Positions 39,583 to 49,425 of a stretch of DNA of 49,425 nucleotides are shown here, in pieces (positions within the stretch are counted from its first letter, which is position 1; every line of letters begins with the position of its first letter). The stretch is taken from positions 806,810-856,234 of the forward strand of contig NW_005201192.1 in assembly GCF_000372725.1 (NCBI RefSeq), written 5' to 3'. Under the pieces are notes generated by a model. It was given only the letters and a program-made list of their open reading frames with translations. It did no database searches and was not told where the DNA came from. The stretch comes from Emiliania huxleyi CCMP1516. Its lineage: Eukaryota. A program made the translations under genes and the position numbers.

Positions 39583-39805
39583 GGCGGCGGCGGTTGCGGC
39601 GGCCGCGGCGGCGGCGGCGGCGGCGGCAAGGGCGGGGGTGGCAAGGGCGCTGGCCTGGTTGCGCCCTCAGGTAAGGTAAGGTAAGGTAAACTTCTCCACA
39701 CACACGAGGTGGTGGGGCAAGGGGGGGCAACCCTCGCGTCTCCACGTCTAACGACAGGAGCCCCACGGCATTTAAAGTGCAAGGCCCGGTGCGCGTGGGT
39801 GAGCG

Positions 39806-39817
39806 GTGTGTGTGTGT

Positions 39818-39904
<87 letters not shown>
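39806..39904. repeat. (GT)n microsatellite, preceded by a (GCG)n run at 39545-39627
   Basis: Direct inspection. Confidence 0.95.
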
Positions 39905-39905
<1 letters not shown>

Positions 39906-40451
39906 CCTCACAGCTGAGTGGCGGAGGAGACGTCCTACCGGACGCCGGCCCGCCGGACGCCGGCCTGCCGGCGCTTCTGCTCCACGCCGCAGTCTCGTTG
40001 GTTTCTTGCTGCGCGCCTCTGCTCATGCGCGTGTTGCCATCACCCCCGCGCGGGTCGCTCACGCATTCGGCCGTGGATAGGCGCGCTGCTGGTGGTGCTG
40101 CTCGGGGGGGCGGCCACGGATGACCCGATGGTGGCGGTCCTCGCTCTCGAAGGTATTGCTCACTTGGCCGTCCCTCAGCCGCACATCAGCGTCCCGACGA
40201 GCGGCGTGCTATGCGGGCCCGCCGCCGGCGACGCGGGCGGCGAGCCGACGTGCGTGCCGCAGTCGTAGGCAGCGCTGGCGAAGCGAGGCGGTCGGCGCAG
40301 GCCCCAGGAGGCGGTCGCCGCGAGAGAAGCGAGGCAGAAGATGCTGTTGGAAGGGTGGGGAGCAGCCTGCCGTCGAGCGGCGCGCCGCGCAAGCCCGCTG
40401 TCGGCGACCCGATCGGAGAGCTGGAGTCGTGGTACTATTGAGCGCGCCATC

Positions 40452-41170
40452 GCACCCGAAGAGATCGTCGAGCAAAGCCGCCGTGAAGCCACCGTGTATC
40501 AAATGCACATGACCGTTGAGCTCGTCTCCGAGATGAACCACTGCACCTCCACGGGTGATCCCGCTCCCTGGCGACGAGCTTCGCCATGACCACATGGCAA
40601 CCTTCTCCAACCGTCGTTCCCCTTGCAGCGTCTGCCACACCATATTTTTGTCCTCACGGGAGGCGAGAGAGTCTCGCTGCTCCTTTGCTGGCGTGAAGTC
40701 TGTGACGCCGGGCTGTCTCCTGGCCGACACCAGCGAGTCAAAGGATGCAGCCCTGCCTCCTTCGTCCGCATCCTCCGCCTGCTCCTTCAAGTAGCCCGCG
40801 AGCTGGCGCGCCGTCGGGTAGTCGAAGACGAGCGTCGACGGCAGCGCCGCGCCCGACATCGACCGCAGCTGGTTGCCGAGCTCAACCGCGCCGAGCGAGT
40901 CGATGCCGGCCTCCATGAGCGGCGTGTCGGCGGTGAGGCCGCCTGCGCCGGTGAGGTCCTCCAGCACCGACAGCACGGCCGCCTCGACGTGCGGCTAGCG
41001 CGCCGCGGGAGGCAGCCGCGAGAGCGCCCTGCCCATCTCGCTCTCCACGGCTGGCACGGCGGCGGCGGTGGTGGCTGAGTGCGATGGCGCAAAGGCGGAG
41101 AGCGCCTTTGGCACGAACGGGAGCACGCCAAGGAAGCGGCGCCAGTCGACGAGGAGTAGCATCTGCACTG
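40452..41170 (-). pseudogene. Type I PKS fragment: linker, acyl carrier protein, partial hotdog-fold thioesterase
   Basis: LLVDWRRFL linker; in-frame TAG at 40995-40997; ACP LTADTPLMEAGIDSLGAVELGNQL...LPSTLVFDYPTARQLA; hotdog motif LNGHVHLIHGGFTAALLDDLFG, after which similarity ends. Confidence 0.75.
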
Positions 41171-42074
41171 CGGGGCAGATTCGAGTGCGACTGATCACGC
41201 TCGACCGCCTCGCTCTCGCCACCTCGCCAGCCTCGTCGCTCCTGACGGCGACATCCGTGTCTCCCGGCGGAGGCATCGCGTTTCGAGCCACAACGGACTG
41301 CGCGCTCCGCTTTTCGAACCACCAAAACTCGCGGCACCCAGGTGCCGGTGCAGGTGCAGGTGCCACAAGTTTGCGCCCGGCCCTCTAGCGCCGCGCGCTG
41401 GCCCCGGCTGCGTCCCCGCGTGGCCTGCCCGATGGCGTGGTGCCCGCCCTCCACCCACCTCCCCGCGCGGGGCCGCTCCTGGGCGACCCGGGCGCCCTCC
41501 GACCAAACTGCCGCACTACTATCATACAACAACAACCTCTACATGATAAGCGGCGAACGAGGCACGGTCGCTCTCCGACATGAGGCGCGTTGCACTTGCC
41601 AGTGCTGCCCTGGCCTTCTGTCTGCCCGCCCAATGGGTGGCAGGTGCCTCTGCTGCTGTGGCATGCCTCACGGCTGCGACTGGCCGGCGCCTCCGGGCGC
41701 GTCAGCTCGGCTCGGCGTAGCGATACAGTGGCCAGCGCAACTCGCCTGGACTCAACGCTCAGCCAGGAGCTCCCGCACGCGCTCGCTGGCGCGAGTCATG
41801 GCGCATGCAACGCGCAGCAATGCTCGCCTCGCGCCTCCCGCAAATGCGACCGTCCTCGCAGCCGACAGTCCACCGCCTGCTAAAGAAGCACAGCGACGAA
41901 TGCGGCACCGGCGACGCATGGCAGGCTGGTCATGACGCAGTTATAGGGTGTTATGTGCCGTCACAGTGGACTCTCTGTGTGTCAGGGATAGTCAGGGCCG
42001 TCCATCAGAGCTCCAGTAAGCTCGGAGACACCCCATTAGTGCGGCTCGACCTCTTTGAGTCACTGCCTTCCCGC

Positions 42075-42248
42075 GGTTTTGCTGTAGAGCCTCTACAACA
42101 AACTCTACAACAAAATCGCGCTCTACATCGCTCTACAACGCAGGCACTTCGTCCCGCGGCGGATGTAGAGCTCTACAGCTCTACAGCGCTCTACATCTCT
42201 ACAGCTCTACAGCGCTCTACACTCTACATCCTCTACACCCTCCCTCAG
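42075..42248. repeat. CTCTACA / TGTAGAG motif array, probable MITE remnant
   Basis: About 11 CTCTACA copies plus two inverted TGTAGAG. Confidence 0.75.
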
Positions 42249-42617
42249 GAGGTGGATGGACTGCTGACAGGGTTTGCGATGTGAGCACTTGCACTTTGGA
42301 TGAAGGAGCGAACTTTTTTTGAATTTCCTTCTGAGGAACATACCCGAAAGGTGGACTTGAAAACGTGCGCCTCGTAAAATTCTTTTTCGAGCTCCAACCC
42401 GTGCCCAGTGTATAACAAATGTGCCCAGTGTATAACAAAAAAATAAAACGGACACGCCAAGTACTGTAAAATTCTTTTTTGAGGAAGCCGTCGCCCGCGC
42501 CTCGCCTGTCGCGTGAATCGTAAAAGAAAGAAAGAAAGAAAACACGCAACCCAAGGGAGGGATGGAGTCCTGCGACCGCCAAAAAATTCTCGAGCTCCAA
42601 CAGGCACAACGCCCACA

Positions 42618-44118
42618 ATGGCGGCCATGGAGGTGGACGCGGAGGCTGGCACGCTACAACTGTACCAGCGGGACGTGAACTGCCTCTCCGACGACGACCG
42701 TACCACGCGGCGGCGTGCGCTGACGCGGCTGGCGGCGTCCGTCTCCACTTTGGCGTCGGACGAGGCCGCCGGCATGCAGACCCTCGCCGCCCTCTGGGAG
42801 CAATCGCTGCGCGCGCCGCTGCTCAAGCTGCTCGCCGATCCGGTGGAGAAGAACCGCGAGCTCGCGCTCGCACTCACTGCCGCGGTCCTCGAGGCGCTGC
42901 CGCAGCCGGTCATCCGCGCCTCGCTCGCCCACGTCGCGCCGGCCGCTGCAGCGCGCCTCTCGAGCTCGGCGGCGGCAGAGCCGACCGAGGAGCTGCGGCT
43001 CGAGCTGCTCAGACTGCTGGGCACCCTCGCGCGCCGCGCCGGCACGCCACTTTCCGTCTACCTTCCCGAGATTGCCGCTGCACTGCGCGCCGGCTTTGCC
43101 GACCCGTTTCCCGACGCAAAAAAGGCGGCGAGATTAGCGGAGATGAGGCGATGGCGTCCAGTTGAGCCGAGGGAGGAGAGGCAGTGGCCGAGATTGACCT
43201 CTTGCCGAGCTGCAGCGCGGTTCGGGGCCTCACAGCTAATGGAGAGGAGGAGGCCGATCGGACCGCAGTCGTTGAAGCGGGGCAAAGCGTTTGCCGCTCT
43301 CGCCGCCGCGTGCCCGTGAGGAGTTCATGCCGCGTCCTCCGCGACAGGCGGCGTGCTCGCTCTGCGTGCAGCTGAGCGACGTGCTGGCCGAGCACATCGA
43401 GCCGCATTGCGCGATGCTCGCACGAGCGCTCCTCCCCGCCCTGGCGCACCAGCACTCGCGAGTCCGGACCGCCGCCGTCGAGGCGCTCCCTCTGCTTCTC
43501 GCACGAGCCGTCGGAATGCTCCCAGATCGTGCGTCGAAGCCTCCCCTAGGCGCTTGTGGCTCTGCTGCTGCGGGAGCCGTCGGCGCTCGCAGAGCTTGGC
43601 CCTCAGCTCGCCCTCCTCGCCACCGACCGCGCGAGCTCGGTGGGCCCCTGCTCCGCACGCGCTGCCCTGCACATCCCGCCTCGCACCCGCCCGCCCTCTC
43701 CCGCACTCCCTCGTCCTGCCTCCCAGTCGCGCTGGTCCGTCGCTGCAGGTCCGCGAGCAGGCGGTTGGCTCGGTGGCGCGGCTGCTTGCCGAGATGCCCC
43801 ACCGAGAGGCCAACACCGCTCGCCTCTTGCCGCACCTGCTCTGCGCCCTCTCGGACGAGGTCGAGTCGATCCGCTCGCTCGCCCACACCTCGCTGGCCCG
43901 CCTCGGCGGCTCCACGGACGTAGCGGCTCAGCGAGTGCAGCCGCTGGCGCCCGCCCGAACTCGCGGCTTCCTGGCGAACCCTCTACACTGTCAGCGAGGA
44001 CGCCTCTCGCCCGTAGGCCGCCCTCGCCCCCGATCTGATGGCGGCGGCCGACGCTGCGACCTTCGACGGAGCGCCCCCAGAAGCTGCCGATGCTCGTGGC
44101 GAGGGGGCTGCACGCGTA

Positions 44119-44153
<35 letters not shown>

Positions 44154-45520
44154 GCCGCCTTTTCCGCCCGAGCTGGCCGAGACCACTTTCGCAGCCGCGC
44201 CGCCAGCGGGCGCGGCGGGACTGGTGGCTTGCGAGTTGCACCGCCTGCTCCCGCCCGCGCTGAAGGAGTTGTCGGACTGGACCGCCAAGGCGGGTGCTGC
44301 CTAGCCACCGACGCCCTTTCTAGCCACGGCCGCCATGTGTGGGCACACCCTCTCCACGCGAGGGACCCACAGACCGAGCTTGTCCTCCCTCCCAGCATCC
44401 TCTCTCAACACGAGCACGCTGCGCATCCAGGCGCGCATTCGCGCGGCGGACACGCTCGCCGGCACGCTCTGGCTCGTCGGGCCGGCAGCAACCGACCACC
44501 TAGGCCCGCTGCTCGCCGCTCTCTCGAAGACGGTGGAGGACTCGGATGAGGGCGTCGCACGGCAGGCGCGGCCCTCTGCCCTCTGCCGCCCCAAACCTGG
44601 TGCGCTCCGGCAGCGGCCAACGTGATGTGACCTCGGCAGGTGCGCCGCTGCGCGCAGCTCGTCGGCCGCTCTTGCGACCTCGCCGTGTATGTGCCTCTCG
44701 TCCTCGACCAGCTACGGGCACCGTCCGGCGCCGCACTTGTCGGGAGCGCCGCCACCGCCGGGTGCGGCGGTAACTCCGCCGGCGGCGGCGCCGATTTCTT
44801 GCGCGGGGGTGGCCACTCGCGGATGAGGCCGGCCGCAGTGACTGTGCTAGAGGGCGCGGAGACCGACGCGGGAGCCATCGGCAGACGGGCGGGCTGGTTG
44901 GCCCTCCTGGGCGAACTGCTGGCCGGCGCGACGGCCGAGCAGCTGAGGCCGCACCTCTCCGCGCTGCTCGCGACGGTGGGTGCTGACCCGCAAGCCGTGC
45001 CCTTCTTGCCTCGGTCCCAGCCGGCACGCGAGCGCCAAGCGACACTACCTGCACTCTCCAGGTGGCGCGGCCTGTCTTTTGCGTCCCCGGCCGAGCGTCG
45101 GACGACGATGCTGGCGCCTCGTTTGCAGCGACGCAGCTCCGGCTCTGCTCTTTCCTCGGGCAGCTGATCTCGTCGGCCGGCGCCGCTTGCGCCTCGGGCG
45201 ACAACGGGTTGCTGCTCTACTCAGCGCTGATGCGCGTGGCGTCGGTGCCGTCATCGGCGCAGCACGGGTTTGCGTCGCAGCGGCGCGCTATCGAGTGCTT
45301 GAGTGCCATGGCGGCGGCGGTCGACGGCGGCTCCGCCGAAGCGCTGCACGCGGTCTTCCTGCCGCCGCTGCTCGCGCAAATCACCGCGGGGGAGGCGTAC
45401 AAGTCATGGAAGGTTGACTCGGCCGAATGGCACTTGTTCCAGGCGCTGTGCAGGCAGGCGGGCGGCGCCACGTGCGCGCGCGTGCTGCTGCTGCTGCTGC
45501 CGCCGCTCGCCGCGGTGGGC
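42618..45520 (+). CDS. DNAAF5: HEAT-repeat dynein axonemal assembly factor 5 (HEATR2)-like, multi-exon, 3' end lost in the gap
   Basis: QRDVNCLSDDDRTTRRRAL, LLKLLADPVEKNRELA, EPTEELRLELL, DPFPDAKK and LAHQHSRVR..AVEAL resemble DNAAF5 N-terminal motifs. GC-AG intron at about 43125-43347. Confidence 0.75.
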
Positions 45521-46425
45521 GGCTGCCCGGGGGGAGGGGGGAGGAGGAGGGGGGAGGGGGAGGGGGGAGGGGGGGGGGGGGGGGGGCTGTACGAACCAAT
45601 TTTCCTAGGGGGGCACCGGAGNNNNNNNNNNNNNNNNNNNNNNNNNNNNNNNNNNNNNNNNNNNNNNNNNNNNNNNNNNNNNNNNNNNNNNNNNNNNNNN
45701 NNNNNNNNNNNNNNNNNNNNNNNNNNNNNNNNNNNNNNNNNNNNNNNNNNNNNNNNNNNNNNNNNNNNNNNNNNNNNNNNNNNNNNNNNNNNNNNNNNNN
45801 NNNNNNNNNNNNNNNNNNNNNNNNNNNNNNNNNNNNNNNNNNNNNNNNNNNNNNNNNNNNNNNNNNNNNNNNNNNNNNNNNNNNNNNNNNNNNNNNNNNN
45901 NNNNNNNNNNNNNNNNNNNNNNNNNNNNNNNNNNNNNNNNNNNNNNNNNNNNNNNNNNNNNNNNNNNNNNNNNNNNNNNNNNNNNNNCTGCCCCGTTTCC
46001 CGGTTGAGTTTTTTTGCCCCCCGCCTCATTTTGCCTTTGGGATAAAAAAGCCGCGGTGGGGGAGGTGCTTGAGGGTGGGGGCCCGATTGCCCCCCCCGAA
46101 TTTTTCTTGTTTGTGCGAGCCGGGGGGGGGGGCCCCCCCTCGTTAAAGTTTTGGGACCCTTTTCTCGGAAATGGGGGGGGTCCCCCGGGTGGGACTTTTG
46201 TGTGATGTGAGAACCCCAGAGAGGGTGTGGGAGTCCCTTTTTGCCCGGGTTTTTTCGTTTTGGGGCCTGATACCGGGAGGTCCGAGACCCCTTTTTTTCC
46301 AAGGGGGCCCCCCCCCCCCCCCCCCCGATCGACGCTGATGCCTGATCAAATGTTCATGCATGTGTTCATGCCGCCGATGTGCACGCTCGGCCACGGGGCG
46401 GACACGGCCGACCCCACCTTAGCAC

Positions 46426-46802
46426 TAGGGTTGCCTAACGTTAACTTTGGGCCTAAGCAGTTGCGCTAGTGTTGGCTGAAATCCTCAACGTTGTTCAAGT
46501 GTTCACCCCAGCCCATGCTGTTACTGTTTGTTACTGTTGTTACTGTTGTTCAGTGGTCAGCAAGCAGAAAATGGCAAAAACCCCGGGTAAAACCCGAAAA
46601 TACCTGGGATTTTCCGGGTATTTTCGGGTATTGGACCCGCACTGGACACTAGAGATCGTCGTGGGTCACTGCCAGGCCTTCCTTACTGTTGTTCAGTCGG
46701 CCTAACGTTAGCTACTGTTGTTGGGGGGGCCCACTGTTGTTCTGTTGTTACTGTTAACACTAGCAACACTGTTCAGCTCTTAACGTTAGGCAAAACCCCC
46801 TA
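46426..46802. mobile_element. hAT-type MITE, 377 bp
   Basis: Termini TAGGGTTGCCTAACGTTAA / TTAACGTTAGGCAAAACCCCCTA. Perfect 8-bp TSD CTTAGCAC at 46418-46425 and 46803-46810. Internal ACTGTT(G) repeats. Confidence 0.92.
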
Positions 46803-47005
46803 CTTAGCACCAGCCACCACCACGCAGCACGCACCAGGACCGGCTGACGCTCGCGCTCACAAAACGATCACTAGACATTTTTTGGAGCTCAAAGAGACGA
46901 CACCAGCTCTGCTCCGGCCTCCGCGAAGACGGCGCAGTCAACAGACATGCGCGTGTGCGACTCTATGTCTCTACACAATCTGTGCGCGTCACCACTGGCG
47001 TGCGC

Positions 47006-49425
47006 TTACCGCGCATTGGCAACGGAGATAGCTTCTCCCTCGTCACGAGCGTCGTCACCAACGCTGCCTGATGCGGAGCCCCAATGAGGATGCGACGAGA
47101 GCTGCCGCTTGTTGCCCGAGAGGGCAGCGACGTTCCGGGGTGCAGCTGCGCTCCCAGCGAAGCGCGAGTACTTGAACTCAGTGGCGAAGAAGTCCGCGAC
47201 CTGGTAGTCATTGCCCTCACCCTCAATGGCGCCCTCGGCCTGCGCCTGCGTTGTGAGCTCCTTGCCGCTGCCCTGGGCTTTCCACAGCTCCCTGTAGTGG
47301 TCCTGTTTGCCGTCCACCGCAACCGCGTCACCGTCGTACGACTGGCCGATGAGGCCGTGAGGGGCCACGGCCACGGTTCCCGAGAGTGGGTCGCGCAGCG
47401 GCGCAAACGACAAGTCAATCTGCTTCTTTCCTGGCGTCGTGGAGCGCCAGATGAGCCGTGCAACCGCCTCGATGTGCCACGCGCAAGTGCGCACGCCGAG
47501 CACCTCGGCGTTGCCGCGACGCGACATCGAGACCGAGACGTCCTCGAAGGAGGCGGCTGGGCCGCCTGGCTGGAGCCGCCGCTGGCCGCTGTCAGGCAGG
47601 CCGTGCACGATAGGCGTCGGCGGTTGATTCGGTGAGAATTCCACGCGTATGGTGCGACCTGTGAGGTTCGACTTGATGGTCCAAAAGGCATCGGTGACAA
47701 AGGAGCCGCGCACCTTGACACCGCCCCAAATGAGGAATGCGCTCGCTTCGAAAAGGGCGTTTACGCTGACGTTGGTGTGGCTGAGCATGTTGTACGTGGC
47801 ACCATCTTCGCCGCGGAAATCGGCCTCGCCTCCATGTGCAAAGCGGAGGTGAGGATCGCCAGTGATGACCACCGGTGCGGAAGGAGGAGGAGAGGTTGGG
47901 GGGGACGGCGGCGCCGGTGGCAGAGACGGTGTAGGTGGGGGAGCCACCGGTGGCGGCGGAGGTGCCTGGGGATCCCCATCGGGGATCTGGGGAGGATAGA
48001 AAGGGGGTGGCGGCGAAGGTGGCGGTGGTGACGGCGGCGGCGGCGGCGGCGCCGGCGGTGACGCCGGCGGCGACCGCGGGCCTGGAGGTGATGACGGCGG
48101 CGCGCTCGGCGGAGGCGATGGTGGGGCCGAAGGAGGCTGCGGCGGTGATACCGGCGGAGGGCGAGGGGGGGTGATGGCTTTCGTCTCAGACACAGGGACA
48201 GCGGTGATACCTAGACTCGCCAGCTCGTCGGCCACGCCCTCGGTCACTTCGTCGATGGAGTCGTCGACCTCGACTTCCAGCGATGCGCCAGTCACGTCTT
48301 GAGCTACGTAGGTTTTGGTAAACGTGACGACAATGTTCGTGACAAAGGCCGAATCACCGGGACCATCGCCCTCGGTCACAAGCCCCGATATGGAATTCCG
48401 ACCGGGGGCTTCTGCCAGCAGCTGATCGTTCGGCGGGTTGTACCAGGTGATGAGATAGCGCGGCGGGCTGTAGCTGCCATCCGGCCAGATGACCACCGTG
48501 CAAGTACCTCCTTCGCTAGCGCACCAGTCACTGTAAGCTTGCTCCAACTGAGCCGCGGTCCCACTGACAAGGCTAATGCGCGACTCTTGGTACACCTGAT
48601 AGTTTTGGACCAGCAGCCGCCGATGCTGCGCGTTCAGGCGGCGGCGAACGCCGTTCATTCCATTATGCAGAGTTTCGAATGTATTCCCCCCGAGCTCCGC
48701 GGCGGGATTGTTCACCGGTATGTCAGTCTGTTCGTCAACCATCCAGCTCAGCGGTGAAGAAGGGGGTGGTGGAGAAGGGGGCGGGGGAGACGGCGGCGGC
48801 GAGGGTGGCGGTGATGGCGGCGGCGGCGACGGCGGCGGCGACGGCGGCGGTGGGCTCGGGGGCGGAGGCGACGGAGGTGGCGGCGAGGGCGGCGGCGGGC
48901 TGGGAGGCGGCGGCGACGGCGGTGGCGGCGACGGCGGTGGTGGCGAGGGCGGCGGCGGCGAGGGCGGCGGCGGCGAGGGCGGCGGCGGCGATGGCGGCGG
49001 CGGCGACGGCGGCGGCGGCGACGGCGGCGGCGGGCTGGGAGGCGGCGGCGACGGCGGTGGCGGCGACGGCGGTGGCGGCGATGGAGGCGGGGGCGACGGC
49101 GGCGGCGGCGACGGCGGCGGCGAGGGCGGCGGCGGTGAAGGGGGCGGCGGCGAGGGCGGAGGAGGTGACGGAGGCGGCGGCGATGGCGGCGGCGGCGACG
49201 GCGGCGGCGGCGACGGCGGCGGCGGGCTGGGAGGCGGCGGCGACGGCGGTGGCGGCGACGGCGGTGGTGGCGAGGGCGGCGGCGGCGAGGGCGGCGGCGG
49301 CGAGGGCGGCGGCGGCGAGGGAGGCGGCGGGCTGGGAGGCGGCGGGCTGGGGGGCGGAGGCGACGGCGGTGGTGCGCCGGAGGCGGGGGCGAGGGCGGCG
49401 GCGGAGAAGGGGGCGGCGAGAAGGG
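47006..49425 (-). CDS. Proline-rich (SPPPP extensin-like) surface protein with C-terminal GDPH/VWD-like domain; 5' end outside the window
   Basis: The ORF stays open from the window edge through (SPPPP)n to MVDEQ. It contains ITGDPHLRFAHGGEADFRGEDGATYNMLS and APHGLIGQSYDGD...AEGAIEG...FKYSRF. Confidence 0.75.
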   Translation of the reverse strand, partial: LLAAPFSAAALAPASGAPPPSPPPPSPPPPSPPPPSPPPPSPPPPSPPPPSPPPPSPPPPSPPPPSPPPPSPPPPSPPPPSPPPPSPPPPSPPPPSPPPPSPPPSPPPPSPPPPSPPPPSPPPPSPPPPSPPPPSPPPPSPPPPSPPPPSPPPPSPPPPSPPPPSPPPPSPPPPSPPPPSPPPPSPPPPSPPPPSPPPSPPPPSPPPSPPPSPPPPSPPPPSSPLSWMVDEQTDIPVNNPAAELGGNTFETLHNGMNGVRRRLNAQHRRLLVQNYQVYQESRISLVSGTAAQLEQAYSDWCASEGGTCTVVIWPDGSYSPPRYLITWYNPPNDQLLAEAPGRNSISGLVTEGDGPGDSAFVTNIVVTFTKTYVAQDVTGASLEVEVDDSIDEVTEGVADELASLGITAVPVSETKAITPPRPPPVSPPQPPSAPPSPPPSAPPSSPPGPRSPPASPPAPPPPPPSPPPPSPPPPFYPPQIPDGDPQAPPPPPVAPPPTPSLPPAPPSPPTSPPPSAPVVITGDPHLRFAHGGEADFRGEDGATYNMLSHTNVSVNALFEASAFLIWGGVKVRGSFVTDAFWTIKSNLTGRTIRVEFSPNQPPTPIVHGLPDSGQRRLQPGGPAASFEDVSVSMSRRGNAEVLGVRTCAWHIEAVARLIWRSTTPGKKQIDLSFAPLRDPLSGTVAVAPHGLIGQSYDGDAVAVDGKQDHYRELWKAQGSGKELTTQAQAEGAIEGEGNDYQVADFFATEFKYSRFAGSAAAPRNVAALSGNKRQLSSHPHWGSASGSVGDDARDEGEAISVANAR

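Noticed and set aside
45520..46325. ORFs and homopolymer-rich sequence flanking the large N gap
   Set aside because: Looks like low-quality read ends rather than real sequence.

Overview
GC-rich eukaryotic genomic DNA with short introns, many with GC donors, and two assembly gaps. It most likely comes from a haptophyte such as Emiliania (Gephyrocapsa) huxleyi; this is inferred from base composition, intron style and an Alma-type DMSP-lyase homologue. Recognisable host genes: a p24/TMED cargo receptor, ribosomal protein eL18, a METTL21/23-type methyltransferase (truncated), a p23/CS co-chaperone, ribonucleotide reductase large subunit, sideroflexin, DNAAF5/HEATR2, a proline-rich GDPH/VWD-like surface protein, and an unusual fusion of 37-aa helical repeats, an FAD monooxygenase and a LYAR-like winged helix. 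The centre (about 20.0-27.6 kb) holds two tandem copies of a large tyrosine-recombinase gene with an N-terminal Tudor/Agenet-like domain and a Cys-rich C-terminus. Its catalytic region looks by eye most like the DUF3435 'captain' recombinases of fungal Starship elements, and this is the best candidate for an undescribed system. Intergenic DNA contains two MITEs with clear TIR/TSD, many retroposon-like 3' ends with microsatellite tails, and orphan gene fragments (Alma, histone H3, PKS ACP-hotdog). Several introns share sequence or duplicate the neighbouring exon, suggesting recent intron gain. All family assignments come from motif recognition by eye; no searches were run.
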